64,000 nt of DNA from Patescibacteria group bacterium (GTDB taxonomy: Bacteria > Patescibacteriota > Patescibacteriia > UM-FILTER-42-10): positions 584 to 64,583 of the forward strand of contig JBAYGC010000005.1 of assembly GCA_041666845.1 (NCBI GenBank), written 5' to 3'. The notes under the pieces were generated by a model that was not told the origin of the DNA, made no database searches, and saw only the letters and a program-made list of their open reading frames with translations. Of this stretch, positions 48,362 to 57,616 are shown in pieces (position 1 is the stretch's first letter; every line of letters begins with the position of its first letter). The position numbers and the translations under genes are program-made.

Positions 48362-49186
48362 ATGGCTAAAATATTAAATGGACGGAAACTGGCTGTCGGT
48401 ATCCGACGTAATCTGAAACAAAAAATCGCGAAATCAAATATCCAGCCCGGACTGGCTGCTATTCTAGTAGGTAATGATCCGGCTTCGGAAACTTACGTCA
48501 GTCTGAAGGAAAAAGCATCCGCTGAGGTCGGTATTTATTTTGAAAAATATCTTTTTCCGGCCAAAACCACGCAGGCAAACATTATTCGCAAGGTCAAGAA
48601 ACTGAACCGGGATAAAAAAATCCATGGAATATTAGTACAGTTGCCACTGCCGGGTAGGTTGAATGAAAACAAAGTGATTCATGCGATTGATGTAAGAAAA
48701 GATGCTGATGGTTTCCACGCGGAAAACGTAAAATTATTCCTGAAAGGGAAGTCCGTTATTCAACCCGGTCTGCCTTTCGGGATAGTGACACTTTTGGTAA
48801 GCACTCATGTTTCCCTGAAAAATAAACACGCGCATATTCTAGCGAAGAGCCCGATTTTCATTAGCCCCTTGAAAAAGATGTTGGAAGCAAAAGGGGTGGA
48901 GGTTACATCAGGTAGAAAGATTGATGCAGTAAAAAATATGGACATCGTAATTTCTGCTTTAGGCAAACCTCATTTCATTCAATCAAAACATATCAAAAAA
49001 GGCGCGATTGTTATTGATGTCGGCTATAACCGGAAAGGAAAAAAAGTTGTCGGCGATGTGCATCCTTCGGTAATAAAAAAAGCCGGCTATCTTTCGCCGG
49101 TTCCGGGAGGAGTGGGACCAATGACGGTCGCTATGCTTCTCGAGAATACATACCAATTGGCGAAGCACATCAGGCGCCATTCATAA
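48362..49186 (+). CDS. folD: Methylene-THF dehydrogenase/cyclohydrolase
   Basis: GILVQLPLP, KDADG, PVPGGVGPMT. Confidence 0.96.
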   Translation: MAKILNGRKLAVGIRRNLKQKIAKSNIQPGLAAILVGNDPASETYVSLKEKASAEVGIYFEKYLFPAKTTQANIIRKVKKLNRDKKIHGILVQLPLPGRLNENKVIHAIDVRKDADGFHAENVKLFLKGKSVIQPGLPFGIVTLLVSTHVSLKNKHAHILAKSPIFISPLKKMLEAKGVEVTSGRKIDAVKNMDIVISALGKPHFIQSKHIKKGAIVIDVGYNRKGKKVVGDVHPSVIKKAGYLSPVPGGVGPMTVAMLLENTYQLAKHIRRHS

Positions 49187-49628
49187 TTCCCTTGACCCAG
49201 CTTTTCCACTCGCCGTTATCGTCGTTATCTGCCTGAAAGTGACGCCAAAATTCCTGTGGCTTCACCATTTTTATTTTTTTGTATTCACCGAGGAATAAGA
49301 GATCATTGTCTTCGGTAACGATAAATCCGGCTTTTCCGTCGATTGCCGCTTCGATCAGTTTATTATCTTCCTTGTCCCATTTCACTACATTCACCCTGCT
49401 TTTGTGCGGGATGTTTTTTGATTTTCTGTAGAAATCCTCCAGAATTTCAAGATAGGCTTTTTCTCTGATCAATTCCCGGGATTTCTGCCTGTTTTCCTTC
49501 AGTAAGGAACGGTTAAAAACCGCCTGGAGCTTCATTTCCCGGCAGGCATTGATAATCCGAAAAGCATAGCTGGATTCGTCCTGCAAACCGGTGATTAATA
49601 CGTTAGTGTCTAGTACTATTCTGATCAT
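49170..49628 (-). CDS. PIN-domain (PIN_3-like) protein
   Basis: IVLDTNVL...DKEDNKLIEAA...IVTEDNDLL. Confidence 0.9.
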   Translation of the reverse strand: MIRIVLDTNVLITGLQDESSYAFRIINACREMKLQAVFNRSLLKENRQKSRELIREKAYLEILEDFYRKSKNIPHKSRVNVVKWDKEDNKLIEAAIDGKAGFIVTEDNDLLFLGEYKKIKMVKPQEFWRHFQADNDDNGEWKSWVKGIMNGA

Positions 49629-49680
49629 GGTGTTATTCTATAGGTCTTGTTACAAGTTAGCAAATATCTGATATGATTGG

Positions 49681-49803
49681 GTGGTAAATGGTAATCGGCA
49701 ATTCGTAATTGGTAATTGTATTCATACATCCATGTTACAATAATATGACTATTTACCACTTACTAATTACATATTTTCAGTTACTAATTACGAATTACTA
49801 ATA
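49681..49803. repeat. Heptamer (GTAATTN-like) tandem arrays in inverted orientation
   Basis: gtaaatggtaatcggcaattcgtaattggtaattg ... ttactaattac...ttactaattacgaattac. Confidence 0.65.
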
Positions 49804-49815
49804 AATACAACCCCC

Positions 49816-50880
49816 ATGTCCTTCTCCATCGGAATCGTTGGTCTGCCGAATGTCGGAAAATCAACCCTATTTATTGCTTTAACTAAGAAACAGGTAGATG
49901 CGTCTAACTATCCTTTTTGTACCATTGAACCGAATGTGGGAGTAGTGGCGGTTCCGGATGACCGGCTGGACAAGCTGACTAAAATCTACAATTCAGAAAA
50001 AACTATTCATACGACCATCGAGTTTGTGGATATTGCCGGGTTGGTGAAGGGCGCAGCCAAGGGTGAGGGTCTGGGGAATAAATTTTTGGCGCACATCCGG
50101 GAAGTGGATGCGATTGTGGAGGTTGTGCGGGATTTCAAAAATGACGACATTATTCATGTGAACGGAAAAATTGATCCGGAAGAGGATGTCGCGACCATCA
50201 ATCTGGAATTAATTCTGGCTGATCTGGAAACTGTGAGTAAGCGGTTAGGCCCATTAGAAAAACAAACCAAAGCATCTAAAGATAAAGACTTATTGAAAAA
50301 TGTCGAGATTCTGCAGAACCTGAAAAAGATTCTGGAAAGTGAACAGTTCGCGATTAATCTGGAAGTGAATAAAGAAGATATTAAATATGTGAAAGAACTG
50401 AGCCTGCTGACATATAAGCCGGTGCTGTATGTTTATAATGTTTCGGAAGATGAGATTAATACACCGCGGGAAAACCGCAAAACACCGAATCTGGCCATTT
50501 GCGCCAAGCTAGAAGCGGAACTGGCAACATTACCTGAGGATGAGGTGAAAGAATATCTGTCAGAAATGAAAATTGAGCAGACCGGACTTGAGAAACTGAT
50601 TGTGGAATCATATAAAATGCTGGGACTGGTTACCTTCCTGACTGCCGGTCCCAAAGAAACCCGCGCCTGGACGGTAAAGTCGGGGACACTGGCACCGCAG
50701 GCGGCTGGGGTAATTCACACCGATTTTGAAAAAGGATTTGTCCGCGCGGAAGTAACCAACTGGCAGGATCTGGTGACCTGTGGCGGCGAACAGGGCGCAA
50801 AAGAAAAAGGCCTGATGCATCTGGAAGGCAAAGAATACGAAATAAAAGACGGGGACACGATCTATTTCCGGATCGCCTAG
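49816..50880 (+). CDS. ychF: Redox-regulated ATPase YchF
   Basis: [41 protein letters not shown]. Confidence 0.98.
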   Translation: MSFSIGIVGLPNVGKSTLFIALTKKQVDASNYPFCTIEPNVGVVAVPDDRLDKLTKIYNSEKTIHTTIEFVDIAGLVKGAAKGEGLGNKFLAHIREVDAIVEVVRDFKNDDIIHVNGKIDPEEDVATINLELILADLETVSKRLGPLEKQTKASKDKDLLKNVEILQNLKKILESEQFAINLEVNKEDIKYVKELSLLTYKPVLYVYNVSEDEINTPRENRKTPNLAICAKLEAELATLPEDEVKEYLSEMKIEQTGLEKLIVESYKMLGLVTFLTAGPKETRAWTVKSGTLAPQAAGVIHTDFEKGFVRAEVTNWQDLVTCGGEQGAKEKGLMHLEGKEYEIKDGDTIYFRIA

Positions 50881-50954
50881 TTGCTTTACCCGTCTAAAGT
50901 ATGATAATATATAAACAGGGTCTCACCATAAGACACTTCTTCTGAGGAGTCGGC

Positions 50955-51122
50955 ATGGACGACGACACAACCAAGCGGATGTCTCCGCACAAGAAGAAGC
51001 ACACGCCTCCTCCCACAACCAAGAACGGTCAACTGACCGGAAAGGGGGTCACCGTGCTCCTCTCCCGCAGGGAAACTCCCCGTACGAGGAACTTCGTGGA
51101 CGCCAAACCGGCCTTGTGCTAG
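50955..51122 (+). CDS. Putative GC-rich 55-aa basic peptide (absent from the ORF track)
   Basis: GAGGAG SD before ATG; MDDDTTKRMSPHKKKH...KPALC. Confidence 0.4.
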   Translation: MDDDTTKRMSPHKKKHTPPPTTKNGQLTGKGVTVLLSRRETPRTRNFVDAKPALC

Positions 51123-51457
51123 AGAGGGGGTGATTATATCTCTCTCAAGGGTAGGCGAGAGTCTAAATCTACCCCTTGAGAGTACGAGGGGAGGTGATCC
51201 CACCAGATCGTTTTCATGACCACCGGTCACGTTTCAATACCATGTGCGCCGAGGCTTACTGGGAGGGAAGCTTCGGCATTTTTTTCTAAATTAATTAAAA
51301 CACTTATCAGACCACAGTTGAGTGGTTTTTTTATAATAAAAAATCCTCGGGTACTATAAGAATTAACAGCGATAAATATTGACAATTTGATGATTCTTGC
51401 TACTATGTTGGACTGGTCGCACATTCAAAACAGAAACCGGGAGAGGGGGGTGACACA

Positions 51458-51727
51458 ATGTCCAGCAAAAACAAGCGGAACATTCTCTACTTCAAGGCCA
51501 AGACCGTGCAGAAGCTCTATGAGCGCATGCAGGTCTGGCAGAAGAAGCACAACAAGCGCTTTCTTTCGATCAGCATCCAGAAAGACGGCGACATGTTCTG
51601 CTGTATCGCTCTGACCAATCCGAGCGAGGTGGTAATCACCAGCATGGATGGTAAGCGTCATGCTAATGTCTTGGATATTCCTAATGGACGGGATGGATCG
51701 GGATTTTTGCGTACTTCCAATGGTTAG
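51458..51727 (+). CDS. Small hypothetical protein, stand-alone SD-led unit
   Basis: TTGACA(51379)-16-TACTAT with TG; GAGGGGGG SD; terminator agagggtct/agattctct plus T-run. Confidence 0.75.
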   Translation: MSSKNKRNILYFKAKTVQKLYERMQVWQKKHNKRFLSISIQKDGDMFCCIALTNPSEVVITSMDGKRHANVLDIPNGRDGSGFLRTSNG

Positions 51728-51816
51728 ATAAGAGGGTCTGTTTACATAGCAATAGATTCTCTTTTTTCTTTGAATAAAAAAATCCGTCATTTTTTCATGA
51801 CGGAAACGCCACAGAT

Positions 51817-52131
51817 CTAGAAGCCATAGGACCTATGGCGGAACGGGTAGTGCAATGGATTATAATCGTCGGAAGGGTCTCCCTTAAAGGGCGGGATGAC
51901 TTCGCGTTCGTACGGCTTGGGTGCGAGGTTCCCGGCCTTGCCACAGGCTGAGGGCGATTCGCGGATGATCTCCGCGCCGTGCTTGTCGTAGAGGACGCCG
52001 TGATCCCAGCGCCACGGCAGAGGGTGTGCCTCGATGGTGGCGGGCTTGAGCATCTTGCGACGGAGTTGCTTGCGCCGACCCTGAGCTGACCGGTCGCGAA
52101 GTTCAGGTTTGTTGTTCTTGTGCCTGGTCAT
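51817..52131 (-). CDS. GC-rich basic hypothetical protein, stand-alone unit
   Basis: TTGACA(52210-15)-17-TAGGAT(52187-92); GGAGG SD; terminator ccgtcat/atgacgg. Confidence 0.7.
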   Translation of the reverse strand: MTRHKNNKPELRDRSAQGRRKQLRRKMLKPATIEAHPLPWRWDHGVLYDKHGAEIIRESPSACGKAGNLAPKPYEREVIPPFKGDPSDDYNPLHYPFRHRSYGF

Positions 52132-52487
52132 TGCTTTTCCCCTCCGGTTATCTGAAACACAAAAACGACTGAAGAACGACTTGCTAATCCTAGTCCCGAC
52201 TATTTATTTTGTCAATAAAAAACACCTGAGCTGTTATGCAGAGGTGGCTTTTTTTGTTTTTTTAAGATCGTCCTTTTTGATATTATGAGTCAGGTATTGA
52301 CACTTGCGATTAACTGTGCTATATTTCCGCGTTCAATACTCTTAGATTAATGAGTCAATTACGGTTTTCTCTGCGCGTATTTTACTTAGAAATACTTACA
52401 GAGAAGACCATAACAAATGTGGTTTTCCTCTTTGCCGTGTTGGCGAGGAGAAAGCTTTCTCGAAAGAGGAGGCGAAGGAGCATTGTG

Positions 52488-52952
52488 ATGATCAACACGT
52501 TGCGTTCCGTGGCTCACCTGCAGCGGGAGATCGGCGACGATCTCTTCGAGGCGCTGGTAAGTTCGGATCACACGGAAGCGGTCCGGAGATTCGCCAAAAA
52601 GTTGGCGAAGATCTTGCCGACCAAGATCACGGTCGGCGGCAGAACATACGAGATTCTCCCCATCCTTCGGGAGGGGGAAGAGAGCGTCAAGGGCGACATT
52701 GTGGTCGCCCGTGCCAGGGAAATGAATGCCCATCTCGGCATAGACGACGGCGAGCATCTACTGGCCCACCGAGACGAGCTTCCCGCCGTCTTGCGCGGTC
52801 AGGGGATCGTCTTCGTCTTCACCGACTGGTGTCACCCCGAGGACCCTAAGTCTGTCGCCCGTGTCTATCATATCGGCGGCGACTGGACTCTGGGCTGGGA
52901 CGGGCTCCACTACGACTTCAGTGACGATACTCGGGTGCTCCGCCGCAAGTAA
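52488..52952 (+). CDS. GC-rich hypothetical protein with an aromatic-rich C-terminus resembling DGR target (CLec-like) tails
   Basis: TTGACA(52297)-17-TATATT; AAGGAG SD before GTG/ATG; ends WTLGWDGLHYDFSDDTRVLRRK; long hairpin after the stop. Confidence 0.7.
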   Translation: MINTLRSVAHLQREIGDDLFEALVSSDHTEAVRRFAKKLAKILPTKITVGGRTYEILPILREGEESVKGDIVVARAREMNAHLGIDDGEHLLAHRDELPAVLRGQGIVFVFTDWCHPEDPKSVARVYHIGGDWTLGWDGLHYDFSDDTRVLRRK

Positions 52953-53213
52953 GGTGCTTAGACCCTCGGGATCAGGGAACTCAACAAATTCCTCGGTCCC
53001 TTGGGTCTCTTTTTATTTTATCTGGCGGTTGTTAGAATATTTTCGGATAATAAATAAACAGTCCGCAGTTAGGACTTCGATTCTTTTTCTCAAAATATTC
53101 AGAATACCACGATAGCTCGCCGCGTTTTGAAGTAAAAAATACACGGAATTATCAGTTGTTTGGTGCGAGAGGATAGATATTCACTCATGCGTAATTAGTT
53201 AATTATGACTATC

Positions 53214-53293
53214 TGCAGAGCAAGCTCTGCACCTACGTTACTTATAAAATGAAATATCAAATTAATTAAGTGTAGGTGGCGAGCTTGTTCGCC
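53214..53293. repeat. Pair of GTAG-type REP palindromes
   Basis: tgcagagcaagctctgcacctac and gtaggtggcgagcttgttcgcc in opposite orientation. Confidence 0.7.
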
Positions 53294-53398
53294 TGGTTAC
53301 TATCTTTTAATCTCAACCACACTTCTTTTCACGACTATTTTTGTCAATAAAAAATGCACCAAACAAATGGTCTGGTGCGGGCGCTGATTCTATGTCAA

Positions 53399-53602
53399 TC
53401 AAGTGATGTGCCTAGTTATCCGCCGTGAGGATTGCCATTGCCACAAGCAGAACGCAGTGCCTATTGCCACGACAATGACTAAAAAGTGCAATAATGCCAC
53501 CAAGGCTCTGGATTCGGACCTACAGAAGAAAGCGATTATTCCCAGAGCAAAGATGGTACCGTCACCAATCCAGAAAAGCAGATCGTATATTCTCGCTTTC
53601 AT
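53399..53602 (-). CDS. Small 2-TM protein, stand-alone SD-led unit
   Basis: TTGACT-16-TATACT (53653-53680), AAGGGAG SD, gcacca/tggtgc terminator. Confidence 0.6.
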   Translation of the reverse strand: MKARIYDLLFWIGDGTIFALGIIAFFCRSESRALVALLHFLVIVVAIGTAFCLWQWQSSRRITRHIT

Positions 53603-53726
53603 TTGTTCACTCCCTTATCAGGTGAAGAGCCATGGCTTGTACTAATACGTTTAGTATATTCTGGTTTTTGGTTAAGTCAATAAAAAAACTGTCAGAGTGG
53701 CAATTTGTGTTATTCAGATGGAATCT

Positions 53727-54185
53727 CTACCTGTAGAGACCCACTCTCTGATACCAGTGCGGTTTGGATACTGAATCGGGTTGCAATGTCTGATCTTCTT
53801 CACTGGATGTTATTATAATTGGATTAATATTAGTATCTGTATTTACCAAAAACTGAAATTCGCGCGCACCTTTGCCTAAATATGTTGAAACAATTGCAGT
53901 ATGATTTTCGCTGGATTCTACAAACGCATAACAATCAAATCCGGAATATCTAATGATAGGAATATTGAGATCAAAGCTGACCAGCGTACAAAATGGAACA
54001 CTTCCGCGCAAAACGATATTGTACATGCCAGGCTTCCGGTCTCCGGAATACTTCCATACAATCGCTTGGTTTGAATGCTGAACGAAATTTTTCACGAAGC
54101 TGAACTTTTTTAGCATCTCCTTGCCCAAAAAGACGGAGATTATCAGAAGTATTACAGCTAAGATTGAAATAATGGTGAGTGTCAT
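53727..54185 (-). CDS. Membrane-anchored hypothetical protein
   Basis: N-terminal TM helix, 152 aa, co-oriented with upstream genes. Confidence 0.7.
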   Translation of the reverse strand: MTLTIISILAVILLIISVFLGKEMLKKFSFVKNFVQHSNQAIVWKYSGDRKPGMYNIVLRGSVPFCTLVSFDLNIPIIRYSGFDCYAFVESSENHTAIVSTYLGKGAREFQFLVNTDTNINPIIITSSEEDQTLQPDSVSKPHWYQRVGLYR

Positions 54186-54197
54186 AGACGTTGTGAT

Positions 54198-54590
54198 TTA
54201 AAAATTACTGTCAACAAGAGTATTAATCTGATCTCTAATTTTTCGATGAAACTCTAAATCTGTTCCTGCCGCGTCTTCAACATCCCAAAAAATCATTTTT
54301 CCAGAATTAATTAAGTAATCGGGTAAATTTTCTTTCTTATCCATAATAATTATCTTATCAGCTTTGTTTACCATGTCAGGAGTCAATTGCTTTCGAATAT
54401 TGTTTGATAGATCAATATCCAGCTCTTTCATTACTTCAATCACATATTCATGAATTATGGTGCCGGATCGATCGCCCACCTGACTGCCTGCATCAAGAAC
54501 GATTAATTCTGGTTTTCTTTTTTTTAAAAAAGCGGCGGCCATTTGGCTGCGGCCGGTGTTTGATTTGCAAATGAATAATATTTTATCCAT
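54198..54590 (-). CDS. Low-molecular-weight phosphatase/ArsC-fold protein
   Basis: CKSNTGRSQMA (CX5R). Confidence 0.9.
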   Translation of the reverse strand: MDKILFICKSNTGRSQMAAAFLKKRKPELIVLDAGSQVGDRSGTIIHEYVIEVMKELDIDLSNNIRKQLTPDMVNKADKIIIMDKKENLPDYLINSGKMIFWDVEDAAGTDLEFHRKIRDQINTLVDSNF

Positions 54591-54641
54591 GGTATAGAGT
54601 AATTATCGAATTTTTAACTTTCTCTCCAGTCATGAATCAAT

Positions 54642-55025
54642 TTATAAATTATCGTCAAGGAATTTTTTCAAGGCCACAATGTCCCTGGTGTCTTTATTAT
54701 AGTGAAATGTATTGATGCCGATTGACTGGGCGCTTTTTATCGCGTCTTCGTTATGTTCAAAATAAATCACATCATCTGTTTTGAGATTGAAATGTTTCAG
54801 CATGGTTTCATAGTATTTGGGATCGGTTTTTTCCGGATTATGTTTCAGCGTAAATACCTCGTACGGCATATTATCCAGGCCGAATATTTTCATTTGCTCG
54901 TCATTGGCGCCGGTCAGGATAATCTTCCTGTTCGGATATTGATCAAGCATTTCGTGCATAGCTTCATAAATACCCCCATCTTTGATCACAAACGTATTGA
55001 CTGCGTCCATTAGGATTGTTTTCAT
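54642..55025 (-). CDS. Minimal HAD-superfamily hydrolase
   Basis: ILMDAVNT, PEKTDPKYY, VIYFEH. Confidence 0.8.
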   Translation of the reverse strand: MKTILMDAVNTFVIKDGGIYEAMHEMLDQYPNRKIILTGANDEQMKIFGLDNMPYEVFTLKHNPEKTDPKYYETMLKHFNLKTDDVIYFEHNEDAIKSAQSIGINTFHYNKDTRDIVALKKFLDDNL

Positions 55026-55029
55026 GGTT

Positions 55030-55515
55030 TTATGATTTAGATTTTAGATTATCGATAGCAAAAACTAATTGGGGAATTGACTGATTAATGTAATTAACAA
55101 TCTCCGCCATTCTACCGGGCTTCGATTTATTTGTGACGGGCGGAGAAATTATAATTGATGATTTCTCATTTTTATATAATTCATTAAAGAGTGGAATATC
55201 AAGATCAAAATTATTTTTCACATATTTCTGATGGTTGTCGGCCATCGCGATGACAATATCGTTTTTATCAAGCAAGTCTTTGGTTACTTGGATCCTTTTG
55301 TGTCCAGACGTATCAATTCCCATTTCCTTTAATATTTGAAAATGTTCCAGACTGAATGAGCTGGTATCGCTATTAGCGTTTGTACCGCAGGAAGATACTT
55401 CAATATCAAATCTGTTGTTTTTAGCCAGCCAGTCTTTCAGCAGATACTCGGCGATCAGGCTTCGGCCGAAATTATCACTGCACACAAATAATACTTTTAT
55501 TTTATTTTCTTTCAT
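55030..55515 (-). CDS. Low-molecular-weight phosphatase family protein
   Basis: VLFVCSDNFGRS (CX5R). Confidence 0.88.
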   Translation of the reverse strand: MKENKIKVLFVCSDNFGRSLIAEYLLKDWLAKNNRFDIEVSSCGTNANSDTSSFSLEHFQILKEMGIDTSGHKRIQVTKDLLDKNDIVIAMADNHQKYVKNNFDLDIPLFNELYKNEKSSIIISPPVTNKSKPGRMAEIVNYINQSIPQLVFAIDNLKSKS

Positions 55516-55646
55516 AAAAATAGAATTGTATAATATAATGTAATAGTAACATTATAGATTTACCGTGGCAATTTACAAAAACAGCTCTTTTTAAAGCTGT
55601 CTTTTTAGCATACGCGCGTTGTGGGAAGTTTAAAAGATCATAATTA

Positions 55647-56336
55647 CTAGACATCTATTTTCTTTAAGTAAGGATATTCTATATCATTCCGCATTTTTAA
55701 AACAAAACTGAACTTATCAATGGCCATGCATAAGTCAAAGTCCCTGGCCGGCGCCCAATCTTTAGCATCATCGAAGAACTTTTGCGCACTTTTGTATTCT
55801 CGAAGATGATCAACTATTCGTTTAAAATCATTTACTTTTCCCTCTAGCTCGTTTTTGATGTATTTCGCACATAGGGTGTCTTCGTCTGCTATGTGAATAC
55901 CGGCGCTACCCATAGCTACCAGCGAAACAGTTTTAGGATTTTGGGAAATGATGTATTTAACAATCGCACCTGCGTTTAGGAAACTACCCGTAATGATTTC
56001 ATCAGCGTTCTTTGCCTGATCAATCCCTTGAGTACCCGCTGAGGTAGTCTGGACAATGATCATATCGGTGAAATCTATATGTTCAATCTGTGTGGGGGAA
56101 TTACCATGATCAAAATTTGGAGGTTTAATTCCTTTTCTTTCGCCAATCAGTATATAGCCCGGGTTACTTTGTTTTATCTTGTAGGCATTGTCGATATTCC
56201 CAACCGGAATAATTCGCTTCGCGCCATTATTAAAAACGTAGCATGCGGTAGAAAAGGCGCGAAATACGTCAATGATAACCGTTAATCCGGTAGCTTGCTG
56301 AGCGCCAGATACAAGTTCTAGAATTTTTATTTTCAT
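55647..56336 (-). CDS. comB: 2-phosphosulfolactate phosphatase (ComB family), cassette-like
   Basis: VIIDVFRAFST, GER, GNSP, TTSAGT, EDTLCA; 15/19 terminal inverted repeats. Confidence 0.9.
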   Translation of the reverse strand: MKIKILELVSGAQQATGLTVIIDVFRAFSTACYVFNNGAKRIIPVGNIDNAYKIKQSNPGYILIGERKGIKPPNFDHGNSPTQIEHIDFTDMIIVQTTSAGTQGIDQAKNADEIITGSFLNAGAIVKYIISQNPKTVSLVAMGSAGIHIADEDTLCAKYIKNELEGKVNDFKRIVDHLREYKSAQKFFDDAKDWAPARDFDLCMAIDKFSFVLKMRNDIEYPYLKKIDV

Positions 56337-56433
56337 GAAATATTTTTTTAATTTCGTACAACAGGACAGGATATCCGGCGTCCCTTGTGATTATAAACAA
56401 ATGAACGAGGGGTTTGAGTGGGGCGAGTTAAAA

Positions 56434-57194
56434 TTATTTATTTTTGCTCATGCACAACAATGTTTTACCGGGTATCCGCAGGGGTTCTTTATATTTTGAT
56501 AATTCTATTTTTATTTTCTTTAAAAGTATTTCCTTGTGTTCTGTTTTCAAAGATGACACCCATGAAAATGTCTGAATTAACTTAAAATAATGAGATCTTG
56601 TGAATGAAGTAGTACGCGGGTATTGTTTCAAGACTACTCTTTTAAAGGACGGATCATCTCTGAAGATCTTAATAGTTCTATTAGCCGCGCCTGGTTTAAA
56701 ATCAGGACAATATTTTATATATAATTTTTCAATTTGTCGTAACATTTTCGATTTATCTTTATCGGTCAGGTTCCAAAAAACCGCCAAAGTCCCACCCTTT
56801 CTAAGTAATTTATGGGTTTTTTAAAACTCAGTTCCTGGTCAAGCCAGTGAAATGCTTGAGCGGAAAAAATCAAATCGAAATTCTTGGAAGGTAGCCTCGT
56901 TTTTTCAAATGAATTAATAATGTACTTAGTATCTTTATATTTTTTAAATTTATTTTTTGCAATAATAATCAACTTTTTGCTAATATCAAGCATCGTTAAT
57001 TTAAACCCCTTAGATAAAAAATATTCCGAAGCTAAACCCGAACCGGTGCCAATCTCTAGGATGTTTGATGATTCTTGTATTCCAGAATACAAAATTATGT
57101 CATCGATTAATTTTTGAGGATAATCCGGTCGGTACCTATCATAGCTTTTTGATACCGAATTAAATGAATTTCCTAATTTTGTGTTTGAGACCAT
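56434..57194 (-). pseudogene. Class I SAM-dependent methyltransferase split by a 1-nt frameshift
   Basis: YDRYRPDYP, LEIGTGSG, AQAFHW; one extra A in the A6 run (56817-56822) restores KKTHKLLRKGGTLAVFW. Confidence 0.85.
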
Positions 57195-57250
57195 TCATTT
57201 ATATAATTAATTTTAGTTCGTAAACCGGCAATCCGGTGTTGGGCAATGGT

Positions 57251-57616
57251 TTATAAATTTTCTAAAATGAGGATTATCTCTTCAATTAAAGAATCAGCTC
57301 TTTCTATATCGTCTTTAGTTGTTAAGCGATTTTTAAATTGCTCATCTTCATAATCTTGCTTAAACTGATTTATAATATTTGTTAATTCTTCATGATTGCC
57401 TCCAGAAAGAAGTGGTAGAATCCTTTGGTCTAATATAACAAATAATCCTGCCCACCAGTTTTTTCTAACTTTATAATTTTTATCTGGTGATACCCCGCAA
57501 AGGATCTCGTCAGGAATTTCAGATTTATAAGCATCTTTAAGGTAGTGCAATTGGTTTAGTGCTTCTGTAATATATTCATTTTTTTGGTCTCTATTTAATT
57601 GTGGTCCCTTTTCCAT
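57251..57616 (-). CDS. AT-rich hypothetical protein (cassette-like)
   Basis: 121 aa; 20/28 gapless inverted repeats at 57238-57265 and 57624-57651. Confidence 0.7.
   Translation of the reverse strand: MEKGPQLNRDQKNEYITEALNQLHYLKDAYKSEIPDEILCGVSPDKNYKVRKNWWAGLFVILDQRILPLLSGGNHEELTNIINQFKQDYEDEQFKNRLTTKDDIERADSLIEEIILILENL

Noticed and set aside
49170-49628. Toxin-antitoxin pair around the PIN gene
   Set aside because: No antitoxin ORF upstream; recorded as a solo PIN gene.
50886-51230. 114-aa minus-strand ORF
   Set aside because: No SD or promoter support; the plus-strand 55-aa ORF has the SD, although it too is uncertain.
53020-53190. Possible RAYT transposase remnant beside the GTAG REP pair
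   Set aside because: The short minus-strand ORF shows no HUH or RAYT motifs.
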